Below, piece by piece: positions 47,675-56,379 of a stretch of DNA of 64,000 bases. Each line of letters begins with the position of its first letter. Position 1 is the stretch's first letter. Under the pieces are notes generated by a model. That model did no database searches, was not told the origin of the DNA, and saw nothing but the letters and a program-made list of their open reading frames with translations. This DNA comes from an uncultured Gammaproteobacteria bacterium (lineage in GTDB: Bacteria > Cyanobacteriota > Vampirovibrionia > LMEP-6097): positions 90,942-154,941 of the forward strand of contig CAZKAT010000003.1 of assembly GCA_964551135.1 (NCBI GenBank). Direction: 5' to 3'. Made by a program: the position numbers and the translations under genes.

Positions 47675-48924
47675 TTCCCAAGGATCATATACTGCATGTT
47701 CTTGGTAAGAGTAACGAGCCTAGTATTGTCTATAATGAAGAACTAAGAAAGTTTTGCGGTGAAGAAAACATTGAGCTTGCAGAAACCATTCAAACTAAAG
47801 GTTTCAAAGAAATTATTAGAAAGTTCAGACCAGAGATACTTTTAATAGAGGAAGAAGCGTTTAATCCTGAAGAACCTTATCGTTCTAGATCATGCCAACC
47901 ATTCAAGTTAGTTATAACCAAGAACCAAAACAAAGACAAGATTTTTGAGTATCTCAAACTTGGTGCTGATGAAGTTATTAGTAAAGATCTAAGTGCTGAA
48001 GAATTATTTCTTAAGTTCTTCTCCATTCTAAGACGTAAGAAAGTATTGGAACTATCTCAATTAACCAATCTACCTAGTATTAATAAAACTTATACAGTCA
48101 TAGAACATTGCCGCAAGCATCTTAGCGACTGGGTTGTAGTGCATGTAGATATCAGATATTTTCAGAGTTACAACACAATGTATGGGGTTTCCAAAGGTGA
48201 TGATGTTATCAGAGCAGCTGCTAAAGTCATGCAAAATACTCTCAGTACAATCAAGAGCTCTGATCATTTTATTGGTTACTTGGGTAGAGATAGTTTCTTA
48301 ATTATCAGTGATTCTAATTCCCTAGATACTATAATCCATAATATTCAAGTCAATTTCAAGAAGACTCTTAGCGATCACTACAATCAATCAGATTACACTA
48401 ATAACTACATCATCTCTTCTGCTCCTAACAAAGTCAGACGCAGAGAGGGTTTACTTGAGCTAAGTATTGGTTACTGTTCTAAAATTGATAGAAATTTCCT
48501 TTCTGGAACAGATATCATAGAGCAAGCTATAAAAAACAAAAAAGATCCTGGCTCCAAAAACAAAAGAGTATTAATACTTGAAGATGATGCCGATTTTGCA
48601 GAATTAATACAAGAGACTCTTTCACTAGAAGGTAATGAAGCTATGGTATCTGCGGGCTTAGATCATATTATTAATGAAGTAGCGGAGTTTCAACCAAGAA
48701 TTTTGATTCTTGAAGCTAGCCATATAGGTCACCAGAATTTTATACCTCTATGTGAAGATCTTAATAAATATAAAGCTGAAATAGGAATGAAGATTTTAGT
48801 AGCCACTGAAATCCCTGGTTATCAAAACTTCCTTGCTTCTGGTGCAGATGTCTATATACCTAAGCCTTATGAGATTGAGACTCTGCTAAAAGAAGTTCGT
48901 AGATTGAGATTCGATTACAGTTAG
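47662..48924 (+). CDS. response-regulator-like protein with degenerate GGDEF domain between two receiver-like domains
   Basis: GGDEF fold (VVVHVDIRYFQSYNTMYGVSKGDDVIRAAAKV...IGYLGRDSFLII) with GRDSF in place of GGDEF. Both receiver-like domains have Glu at the expected phospho-Asp position (LLIEEEAF and ILILEASH). Confidence 0.55.
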   Translation: MVGLIPKDHILHVLGKSNEPSIVYNEELRKFCGEENIELAETIQTKGFKEIIRKFRPEILLIEEEAFNPEEPYRSRSCQPFKLVITKNQNKDKIFEYLKLGADEVISKDLSAEELFLKFFSILRRKKVLELSQLTNLPSINKTYTVIEHCRKHLSDWVVVHVDIRYFQSYNTMYGVSKGDDVIRAAAKVMQNTLSTIKSSDHFIGYLGRDSFLIISDSNSLDTIIHNIQVNFKKTLSDHYNQSDYTNNYIISSAPNKVRRREGLLELSIGYCSKIDRNFLSGTDIIEQAIKNKKDPGSKNKRVLILEDDADFAELIQETLSLEGNEAMVSAGLDHIINEVAEFQPRILILEASHIGHQNFIPLCEDLNKYKAEIGMKILVATEIPGYQNFLASGADVYIPKPYEIETLLKEVRRLRFDYS

Positions 48925-49007
48925 TTATTGCTTTAAAACCTTAAAAAACATTGAATATTAAACGCTAAGCGATAGGCTTCGAATTATGCTACTATGTTTT
49001 TTGCGAT

Positions 49008-49084
49008 GGCAGCTGTGGCCAAGTGGTTAAGGCTCCGGTTTGTGGTACCGGCATTCGTGGGTTCAACTCCCATCAGCTGCCCCA
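49008..49084 (+). tRNA. tRNA-His (anticodon GTG) with encoded G-1 and CCA
   Basis: Cloverleaf read by eye: G-1 plus acceptor GCAGCTG/CAGCTGC, D arm, anticodon stem CCGGT/ACCGG with loop TTGTGGT, T arm GTGGG-TTCAACT-CCCAT, discriminator C, CCA. Confidence 0.85.
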
Positions 49085-49254
49085 TTTTAATTACCGTAGG
49101 TATATAAAGAGACAACTGTATGTGATCTAACTACGGTTGTCACATGTCTACCGGCATGAGTGGACGAGGGGACATTGAGAACCGTCGTCTATAAATGAGT
49201 AAGCTAGACCCCCGAAGCAGGCAAGAAAAGCGCAAAGCGTTTTTCGCAGACTAT

Positions 49255-49278
49255 ACTCCCATCAGCTGCCCCATTTTA
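49255..49278. repeat. 24-bp perfect direct repeat of the tRNA-His 3' end (att-site-like scar)
   Basis: ACTCCCATCAGCTGCCCCATTTTA occurs at 49066-49089 (the tRNA 3' end) and again at 49255-49278. Confidence 0.8.
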
Positions 49279-49283
49279 TAACT

Positions 49284-49829
49284 TTATGAACGAATAAGTA
49301 TCCTATGTAAATTATCTGCTAGCTCTGGTAATAATTGTTCTGCTTGCTTTAACCTTTCTTCACCATGAACTTGATGCACAGCATCTCTAAATCTAACCAA
49401 AAGATTTTGAACTTCTTTCAGTTTTAAAATTTCTGTTTCTTCTGGAAAAAGTTTTTTCTCTTCATTTTTTTTGTGTTGATTCCAGTGACCCACTGGATCT
49501 AAATCATGGTTAAATTTTGGATTATCAAAACAAACTCTATAATTACTCTCAATGCCTTGCTCCGAGCGATAGAAAAATATTTTTGTATCAGGGTCACCTA
49601 ATGTTCTAATTAGAGCATCTAGTTCTTTCAGTTGATCAGTTGCCTCTTTACTATTTACACCCCAAACACTCATTACCATCGGTACTAATTCTGCAATATC
49701 TCGTACTGAGTGATAGAAAGCATACTTAAGCTCATAAGGATAAGGGCTAGTAGGCAGAGTTCCACCAATACCGCCAGAAAATTGAGGAGTAGGACGAATT
49801 GGAAGGTTCGCTGTTAACATAAGTTGCAA
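49284..49829 (-). CDS. hypothetical protein
   Basis: 181-aa ORF directly after the att-like repeat. No recognisable motif. Confidence 0.4.
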   Translation of the reverse strand: MQLMLTANLPIRPTPQFSGGIGGTLPTSPYPYELKYAFYHSVRDIAELVPMVMSVWGVNSKEATDQLKELDALIRTLGDPDTKIFFYRSEQGIESNYRVCFDNPKFNHDLDPVGHWNQHKKNEEKKLFPEETEILKLKEVQNLLVRFRDAVHQVHGEERLKQAEQLLPELADNLHRILIRS

Positions 49830-49913
49830 TTATAGCAAAATCTAGGATTAGATCTCCATAATTACCCTTCCAATAGTTTCAATTCAAATTATTTGTGGTA
49901 TAATGAATATATC

Positions 49914-50240
49914 ATGAAAAAAATAACATTAATCATAGCTTTATTTGCGCTAGTTCTTTCTAGCCAACCTGCACAGGCTAATATATTTGGTCAAATCGTT
50001 GGTGGAACTCTTGCAGTTGTACTAGGTGCGCCTCTGGGTGCTGTAGTTGGTTTACCAACCGGTATAGTTAAAGGTGCTGTCGATGGTGTAACTGATCCAT
50101 TAATTCCAACACCAAATATGCCATTAAAAATTCTTGCTGCTCCACTTACTATTCCTCTAGGTATAGTTGTGGGTGCCGTAGTAGGAGTTGGTAAAGGTGC
50201 TGCTGCTGGTGCAAGAATGGGCTATAACATAGTTAACTAA
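49914..50240 (+). CDS. small secreted/membrane glycine-zipper protein
   Basis: Signal peptide MKKITLIIALFALVLSSQPAQA followed by G/A/V-rich GxxxG repeats. The start is taken at the internal Met. Confidence 0.45.
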   Translation: MKKITLIIALFALVLSSQPAQANIFGQIVGGTLAVVLGAPLGAVVGLPTGIVKGAVDGVTDPLIPTPNMPLKILAAPLTIPLGIVVGAVVGVGKGAAAGARMGYNIVN

Positions 50241-50255
50241 AACTATTTCAAAAAT

Positions 50256-50942
50256 CTAGGCGAAGTCGCCTTGATAATACAAAAAATCAGGCAATGTTTT
50301 ACCTCTGGGTGCTGTTGATCTTGGTTCCTCATAACCCGGTTCATCAGGTAAAGGTGCTGGTATCACATCTACAGGTTGTCGCCATAAGTTTTTTAATGAT
50401 GGCTCCCCACGTTTAGGTATAGGACTTGACTGCTTTTCAATACTGATAGGAAGTGGATTTGGAGCAAAGGGAGGACTTATTTCTAATCCTTTTTGAACAC
50501 CCAATGCACAATGCTGTAAAAATCTATAGGATTTTATATTAGAATTTAGAGAATTGTTTTTCAAATCCAAATTCACAGACGAAAATTTTTTCGAACCTAA
50601 AAATAAATTATTTAATTTTTTCCAAATAAAATTATTCTCTGGTGGAATACTACGCTGATCTGCTAATACAGCAAAACTTGCCAATTCCTTTGACAGACAA
50701 AACTCTAATAAAGCTCCATCTATATCAGCAGACTTTTCAATTTGATTTAATTTATTTTGTAAATTTTCAAGTTGAATTTCATACTTTTGTTTTAGTGACA
50801 TATTTTCAGATAGATGTAAGTCTTTCTGATTAACAATATTAGTAGGAGATTTAGGAACCACTGTATCATCAACCCAAGCTGGCATTAAACTTGCTCCTGC
50901 CATATAGGCTAAAAATGGTGTTGATAGCCAACTCGTTTTCAT
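50256..50942 (-). CDS. hypothetical secreted protein with Pro-rich C-terminus
   Basis: N-terminal hydrophobic segment and C-terminal PPFAPNPLPISIEKQSSPIPKRGEP. 228 aa. Confidence 0.4.
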   Translation of the reverse strand: MKTSWLSTPFLAYMAGASLMPAWVDDTVVPKSPTNIVNQKDLHLSENMSLKQKYEIQLENLQNKLNQIEKSADIDGALLEFCLSKELASFAVLADQRSIPPENNFIWKKLNNLFLGSKKFSSVNLDLKNNSLNSNIKSYRFLQHCALGVQKGLEISPPFAPNPLPISIEKQSSPIPKRGEPSLKNLWRQPVDVIPAPLPDEPGYEEPRSTAPRGKTLPDFLYYQGDFA

Positions 50943-51047
50943 AAATACTATTGTAGCAGATACTTAAGATAAAACATTAAGCGATTACCCTTAATTAGTT
51001 TGATTTTATAAGATTCATAAGAACCTAAAAACGCTAAACTTTACTTT

Positions 51048-51278
51048 ATGCCTGACTATATCTATATTTTCATAAATTCTTACTTGCCAATCTTAGTAGC
51101 TTTAGTTCTAGGTTTATTTATAGGCAGAATCACAAAAACCAAGAGTAAATCCTCAGTGCTGACCGGTTCTAGCGATGAACAGAAACTCAATAATGAAGTA
51201 CTTAAAGATCAAGTAAAACAGCTTGAATCTAAAATTAAAACACTAGAGAAAGCTTTAGAGATTACCAGTAAAAATTAA
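51048..51278 (+). CDS. small TM plus coiled-coil protein
   Basis: 76 aa. One TM (LPILVALVLGLFIG), then a heptad-like helical tail. Confidence 0.3.
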   Translation: MPDYIYIFINSYLPILVALVLGLFIGRITKTKSKSSVLTGSSDEQKLNNEVLKDQVKQLESKIKTLEKALEITSKN

Positions 51279-52093
51279 AGTCCAGCCCTTGGATGGAAGT
51301 CCTTATATGCCTTCGCAAGTCTATAATCTTGTTCTTTAACAAATGGTCTATAAAAATTACTTAGCTTAATAGCAAGCTTCTCTTCGATTTGCTCCAAGCT
51401 TAAACCTTGGTCTAAAAGATTCATAATCCTACTGCGTTTAAGGTAACTATGTTTCAATTCATAATTTTGCAAAATCTTAGGAATATCTGTTTCTATAAAT
51501 AATGGATCTTTCATAGTCATAGATTGAGTTTCTGGAAGCATTTTTGGTCTGTATTCTTTTAAATATTCTTTCATTTGCTTAGCTAGACTATCAGAAATCT
51601 CCAATCTAGTAGCTCGATAATTAAAACTATTACTCGCTAAATTATAATTTTCCAGATTCAAAGCAGTTAGTTCATCTTGTGAAAGATACAATTCATAAAT
51701 TACCTGAACTATTAACTGTTCATAATTAAATTCTGTTCCAAATCTATCAAAAATTTCGTTCTCTTTATAATAACTAAAAGCATCATGATTAAAGGAGAAC
51801 TTAAGCTTCCAAAAAGGGTTATTGTCCAAGTTCAACCAATTAATAAATTGACGTAAACTACTTAACTTAGAAACAAAACTTGATTCCATATATTTTTCTT
51901 CTAATTCATTTATATATCGAGTAATAAATTTAGCTTGAACACTGGCATCATCATTGTCTTTAAGATAGTCTATAAAAGCTTTAATATCTCTATTAATATT
52001 AGCTATAGTACCTGCTGACTTATTAGTACTCTCTTCCAAATACTGAATAAAATACTTTAGTAATTCTTCATTGAGAACGTAATTATTGTGCAT
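51275..52093 (-). CDS. tyrosine-recombinase-like protein (XerD-like N-terminal SAM-like domain; catalytic residues apparently degenerate)
   Basis: N-terminus LKYFIQYLEESTNKSAGTIANINRDIKAFIDYLKDN resembles the Xer/integrase core-binding domain. The region expected to carry the first catalytic Arg reads LSQDELTALNL, and the C-terminal HxxR/Y boxes are poorly conserved. Confidence 0.4.
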   Translation of the reverse strand: MHNNYVLNEELLKYFIQYLEESTNKSAGTIANINRDIKAFIDYLKDNDDASVQAKFITRYINELEEKYMESSFVSKLSSLRQFINWLNLDNNPFWKLKFSFNHDAFSYYKENEIFDRFGTEFNYEQLIVQVIYELYLSQDELTALNLENYNLASNSFNYRATRLEISDSLAKQMKEYLKEYRPKMLPETQSMTMKDPLFIETDIPKILQNYELKHSYLKRSRIMNLLDQGLSLEQIEEKLAIKLSNFYRPFVKEQDYRLAKAYKDFHPRAGL

Positions 52094-52292
52094 TAGTATT
52101 CTTATTTTTTTGAATTTCTTTTACTAACTCTCGAACATCATCATCAAGTCCATGCTTCTCAACAAACTTAACTATTAAAGGTGTATTCGGACTCCAGCCA
52201 ATATTAAGCAGATGACGCAAATGGTCCAAAGGGCCCATGTTCTTATTTAAAGTACTTGACTCTGCGTCTATAACTTCTTCTTCAGGAGGCAT
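52083..52292 (-). CDS. small hypothetical ORF
   Basis: 69 aa. Overlaps the start of the recombinase-like gene. Coding status uncertain. Confidence 0.25.
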   Translation of the reverse strand: MPPEEEVIDAESSTLNKNMGPLDHLRHLLNIGWSPNTPLIVKFVEKHGLDDDVRELVKEIQKNKNTNAQ

Positions 52293-52306
52293 ATTGTAAT
52301 TCTAAC

Positions 52307-52918
52307 TTACTTAGCTAGTTCAGCACCATTAGTGATCTGCAGCTTCTGCTTAATTTCTTCAAGAGTCATTTCTTTTATAGACTTCTCTTCAATAGATTCT
52401 ATTTCTTCCTTAACCTTATCCTCACGTGTTTGCGTTTCTTCAATTTCAGGAGCTTCCCATATTGATTCATCAGTAAACTGCACTCTCATGATTTCAACAT
52501 AGTAATAAGCATCATCTCTAAAAAACTTATCTTTTTTAAAGTGTATGGATTGCTCTTTACCAACCGGAAGGACATCAATACTATTCACCTCAGTTCTTTG
52601 ATCAACCCAGTTCTGGAACGGGAGCTTCAGAGTCCAAGCAACTCTATAAGCCATAATATCCTTATCACCAATATTCTTAACCTTCACACTGAAGTCATTA
52701 AAAATACCGGTGAGTGTCTTAGTTTTCTCAGAACCTTTATCAGCAACTTTAGCCTCCAATATCTCTACTGGTGCATCTGGATGATTAATAATTTTTACTG
52801 TTTGAATATGTTTCTTTTTAAATGGAATAAGAAACTTCTCAAACTCCAGAAAACTTTTAGCCGGTTGAGCTAAAGACAAGAAACAAACAACTATAACTAA
52901 TGGTATAAATTTTCTCAT
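52307..52918 (-). CDS. hypothetical secreted protein encoded immediately downstream of the secretin
   Basis: Signal peptide MRKFIPLVIVVCFLSLAQPAKS. Its start overlaps the secretin stop. Acidic helical C-terminus. Confidence 0.45.
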   Translation of the reverse strand: MRKFIPLVIVVCFLSLAQPAKSFLEFEKFLIPFKKKHIQTVKIINHPDAPVEILEAKVADKGSEKTKTLTGIFNDFSVKVKNIGDKDIMAYRVAWTLKLPFQNWVDQRTEVNSIDVLPVGKEQSIHFKKDKFFRDDAYYYVEIMRVQFTDESIWEAPEIEETQTREDKVKEEIESIEEKSIKEMTLEEIKQKLQITNGAELAK

Positions 52919-55152
52919 TAATATGTTGCTCCAGCTGCTTGTAAATAGACCTCTTCAACTTCATCTCCTGTTCTAATATTAGGAGTGATAAGTATTAAAA
53001 GTTCTCTTAAGTTTTTATTTCTTGAATTATTACCAAATAAGCTTCCAATAATAGGTATCTTACTCAATACTGGAATTTCATTATTTCTCGTGTAACCTTT
53101 TCTATCATCAAACAATCCACCAATAGCAATAGTTTCATGATTAACAATTTGAATCTCAGAAGATATTCTTCTTCTAACGGTTTGCTGAGGTACACCAGTA
53201 GTTGGATCTATAGTACCGTTAACCGATACTTCAACTTCAACCTTAACAGTTACTACTCCACCACCACCTACTATAGGAGTGATATCCATTGAGTTACCAG
53301 CCGTTACTCTGTTAATAGATTGCTGTTGAGCTGCAATAGAACCAGTTCCAATAGCACCAGCTTTATTTAAAACTACGTTTATATCTTGGTCAAAATTAAT
53401 CTTCGCACTCTTACCACTAGTTACCAAAAGTCTCTGATTAACTTTGATTTGTGCATTGTTATTAGTTTGGGAGAAAGTAGGATTATTAGCAAAAATCCCC
53501 ATGTATTTTGATCCTAAATTTACATTAAAGCCAGTTGATGGTGCCGTAGTCCCAGATCCAGCAGCAGTAACATTACCAATCTTACCTATAGTGAATGGAG
53601 TCTGATAGAGATTGTGTGATTGCGTGAAGTCTTTAGATATTTCTACTAATTTCACAACAAGTTCTACTTGTGGGATCGGCTTGTCAATAGTTCTAATAAA
53701 ATCATAGAGCTGAGTTAACTGTTGCTTAGAACCATCTGCAATAAAGGCGTTCTGATTAGAGCTAACTTGTACTAAGTTTTTTAATTCCGCTGGTAACAGC
53801 TTATTAGCTTCTTGTGCTTCCAAGTATTTAAGAGGGAAGAGTACAGTTCTACTATCAAGTGAGAAGTTCTTATTAGTAGAACTGTAAACAACATAGGTCT
53901 CTCCCTTCTTAGTGTAATTAAATTGGCTGCCTGCAAACAATAATTCAAAAGCATCATCTATATTTACTCCTCTAACTTTCAGAGTAATTCTATCAGTAGG
54001 ATTAGCAGTCATTACCACATCCACACCATAAGTATTAGCAAGGTCTTTAATGATACTTGATAAATCTTCGTTATCATAAGTTAAGTCTGCATATCGCTCT
54101 TCCAGCGGTAATGTTAAATCTATATCAGAAGTATCAAAACCCGCAATAAGACTAGTTCCTTTACCACCTTGTTTTTTAAGTATTGTGTAATTATCACCAC
54201 TTCTACGGAAATCTACATCAGCAGCATCAACTAAACTTAAAAATGCTTTAGTAAAGGGTTGATTATTGATTTCAACAACAGAGATAGTATCTCTATCTTG
54301 AACAGATCCGCTGACAGTTATACTTTTACCTGATACTCTTGCCAAAGTTGCAAAAGCATCTCTTGTAGCTATATTTCTTGCAGAGAAATTAACTATAGGA
54401 TCCTCACTAGGAGCTTGTTTTAGAGTAGCTTCCTTTTTAATCGTTCTCTCTCTTTTAGGAATTCCAACTATTTCTATTAACTTCTCAATCTCTTTAAGAT
54501 CTTTAGGATTCTCTGGATTTAAACCTGCAAGTAAATCACCATATTGTGAATATAATCTAGCAAAATCTTCTGGTGTTCTATCAAAAGTGTTAGCTAATTT
54601 GACATAATTTGTTCTTTTCTGTGCTTCTGTCTTCTCTAAATCACGTTGAGCTTTAGCTTTTAAATCAGCATCTATTTTTGCTGCATCCTCTGCTGACTTA
54701 GCTGCTAATGTAGTTTGAGTCGCAGTTGGTATAGTAGTAGTTGTTGTTGTTGTCTTAGCTGGCGTTGTTGTCTTAGCTGGCGTTGTTGTCGTAGTTGTTG
54801 TAGTTTTAGCTGGGCTTGATGTTGTTGTTGGCTTAGCAGGACTTACGGTTACAACAGGTGCGGTCGTTTTAACTGGAGTTGTTACTTGTTTCTTAACAAC
54901 TGGAGTATCTTCCTCTTCTTCATCGTCACCATAGAATCCATTGTCTTCATCATCCCAATCATCATCACTCCAATCGTCATCATCATCAGATGGTTTAGCT
55001 GCAATAAATGGAGTCTTCGCTAATGAAACTGCTGCTATTAATTCTTGTTCTTGAATCTTATAGGGAGTAGGGGTAAAAGAATTAGTTAGCGCAGGCCTAG
55101 CCATGCCAGATAATATTATTAATGCTATGGTGAGTGTTTTGATTCTGCGCAT
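52918..55152 (-). CDS. secretin (GspD/PilQ family) with acidic and Thr/Pro-rich N-terminal extension
   Basis: C-terminal secretin motif IPVLSKIPIIGSLFGNNSRNKNLRELLILITPNI. N0-like domain. Signal peptide. DDDDDWSDDDWDDEDNGFYGDDEEEED and a T/P/A-rich linker (AKTTTTTTTTPAKTTTPAKTTTTTTT). Confidence 0.85.
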   Translation of the reverse strand: MRRIKTLTIALIILSGMARPALTNSFTPTPYKIQEQELIAAVSLAKTPFIAAKPSDDDDDWSDDDWDDEDNGFYGDDEEEEDTPVVKKQVTTPVKTTAPVVTVSPAKPTTTSSPAKTTTTTTTTPAKTTTPAKTTTTTTTIPTATQTTLAAKSAEDAAKIDADLKAKAQRDLEKTEAQKRTNYVKLANTFDRTPEDFARLYSQYGDLLAGLNPENPKDLKEIEKLIEIVGIPKRERTIKKEATLKQAPSEDPIVNFSARNIATRDAFATLARVSGKSITVSGSVQDRDTISVVEINNQPFTKAFLSLVDAADVDFRRSGDNYTILKKQGGKGTSLIAGFDTSDIDLTLPLEERYADLTYDNEDLSSIIKDLANTYGVDVVMTANPTDRITLKVRGVNIDDAFELLFAGSQFNYTKKGETYVVYSSTNKNFSLDSRTVLFPLKYLEAQEANKLLPAELKNLVQVSSNQNAFIADGSKQQLTQLYDFIRTIDKPIPQVELVVKLVEISKDFTQSHNLYQTPFTIGKIGNVTAAGSGTTAPSTGFNVNLGSKYMGIFANNPTFSQTNNNAQIKVNQRLLVTSGKSAKINFDQDINVVLNKAGAIGTGSIAAQQQSINRVTAGNSMDITPIVGGGGVVTVKVEVEVSVNGTIDPTTGVPQQTVRRRISSEIQIVNHETIAIGGLFDDRKGYTRNNEIPVLSKIPIIGSLFGNNSRNKNLRELLILITPNIRTGDEVEEVYLQAAGATY

Positions 55153-55201
55153 AAAAGGGCCTTATACAAGAAGGACGCCACTATCATGCCAGAGTTCCCA
55201 C

Positions 55202-56284
55202 TTATTCTTTTCTAGTTTTATGCTCTAATCTAATTCTTTCAATAATAGCTTTTACTTCATCCTCGGTAGGCCCTCTGCTCTCTTCGACATCATTGTCTGT
55301 ATGATTCACAAAGGTACCACCAACGATTTTAAAATTAGATCCTTCCCAAGGAGTATCAGAAGGCGCTCTGAGTATTTCACCAGTCACACCATCTCGAGGG
55401 TTAAAAGGAACAACAAGTTTAGAAGCTTTAGCATCTTCCAAAGCTGTCTTATCAGCTTCAACGATCTGAGCTTTATTACTTATCTTCTTACCAAATCTTC
55501 TAGTTTTAACTTTACTAGAAGTAGCAGCAAGAGCATAATCAGGTACATCCGTAATAATGTTCATATCCAGAAGCTTTTTCCTTCTGGCTTTTTCTTTCTT
55601 GTCTTCATCAGCTATACGTTTAGCTTCTTCTTTCTCAAATCTCTTTTGTTCTTTTTCTCTTTCACGCTCTAAACGTTTCTGCTCTTTTTCGTTTTCACGC
55701 TCTAAACGCTTCTGTTCACGATCTTTCTTAAGTTCTTCCTTAAGTCTCTGCTTCTCTTTAAGCTTAAATAATTTCTCACGCTCACGATCTTTCTTAAGCT
55801 GTTCTTTTTCACGCTCACGTCTTTGGAGCTCACGCTGATGCTCCTTCTCTCTTTGTAATTTTTCACGTTCGCGTTGCTTAAGAATACGTTCTCTTTCACG
55901 TTCTTTCTGAAGTCTTTCACGCTCACGTTGCTTAAGAAGCTTCTCGCGTTCTCTTTCTTTCTGTAAACGCAACTTCTCACGTTCGCGCTCTCTTTTCTGT
56001 TGATCTTTAGCCCTGGTTTTGCTTAGGATTTTTTTAGCGGGTGCTTTCTTAGACTTAACAAGTGCTTTCTTAGGTTTAGCCTTAACACTAGTTTTTTTAG
56101 CTTTCTTAGATGCTACTGATTTAGAAGTGGACTTAGAGCGCTTCTGATTATCTTCTTTACGCTTTAATGAATAGAGACGTTTACGTTCCAACTCACAATC
56201 TCTACATGAGTTAGGGCGGTACGAGATTTTATTTTTAGCTGTAAGTTTGACTCCGCAAACTGTACAGACGGAGTGGGCTGACAT
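55202..56284 (-). CDS. zinc-ribbon protein with long E/R/K repeat (single-alpha-helix-like) region
   Basis: N-terminal Cys4 (CTVCG...CRDCE), ~150 aa of REREREKL-type repeats, and a globular C-terminus. The underlying nucleotide repeats generate spurious overlapping ORFs on both strands. Confidence 0.6.
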   Translation of the reverse strand: MSAHSVCTVCGVKLTAKNKISYRPNSCRDCELERKRLYSLKRKEDNQKRSKSTSKSVASKKAKKTSVKAKPKKALVKSKKAPAKKILSKTRAKDQQKREREREKLRLQKEREREKLLKQRERERLQKERERERILKQREREKLQREKEHQRELQRREREKEQLKKDREREKLFKLKEKQRLKEELKKDREQKRLERENEKEQKRLEREREKEQKRFEKEEAKRIADEDKKEKARRKKLLDMNIITDVPDYALAATSSKVKTRRFGKKISNKAQIVEADKTALEDAKASKLVVPFNPRDGVTGEILRAPSDTPWEGSNFKIVGGTFVNHTDNDVEESRGPTEDEVKAIIERIRLEHKTRKE

Positions 56285-56379
56285 ATCAGGATTAATTTTA
56301 ACTTATATTTGACTATGGGCCAAGGCCAAACTAACGACTAATGGGCCAAAATAAAATGATTTAATATATTATTTATGAA

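Larger units (their letters stand above)
49066..56284. mobile_element. putative degraded integrated element or accessory island at tRNA-His (extent uncertain)
   Basis: Duplicated tRNA 3' end, a run of small hypothetical ORFs, a degenerate tyrosine-recombinase-like gene, an orphan secretin and a repeat protein. Boundaries are not defined by the sequence. Confidence 0.25.

Noticed and set aside
49090-49254. tmRNA or a second tRNA in the spacer between the tRNA-His 3'-end repeats
   Set aside because: Only the last 24 nt of the tRNA are duplicated. No T-arm or acceptor pairing partner is present for a second tRNA-like domain, and there is no tmRNA tag reading frame. The region is kept as unassigned structured sequence inside the att-scar finding.
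55301-55980. Three overlapping ORFs (123, 93 and 92 aa) on both strands within the zinc-ribbon/ERK-repeat gene
   Set aside because: They are generated by the nucleotide repeat (CACGCTCACG and TTCTTTCTG units) underlying the REREREKL protein repeats. Their low-complexity Ser/Phe/Leu translations are not credible proteins.
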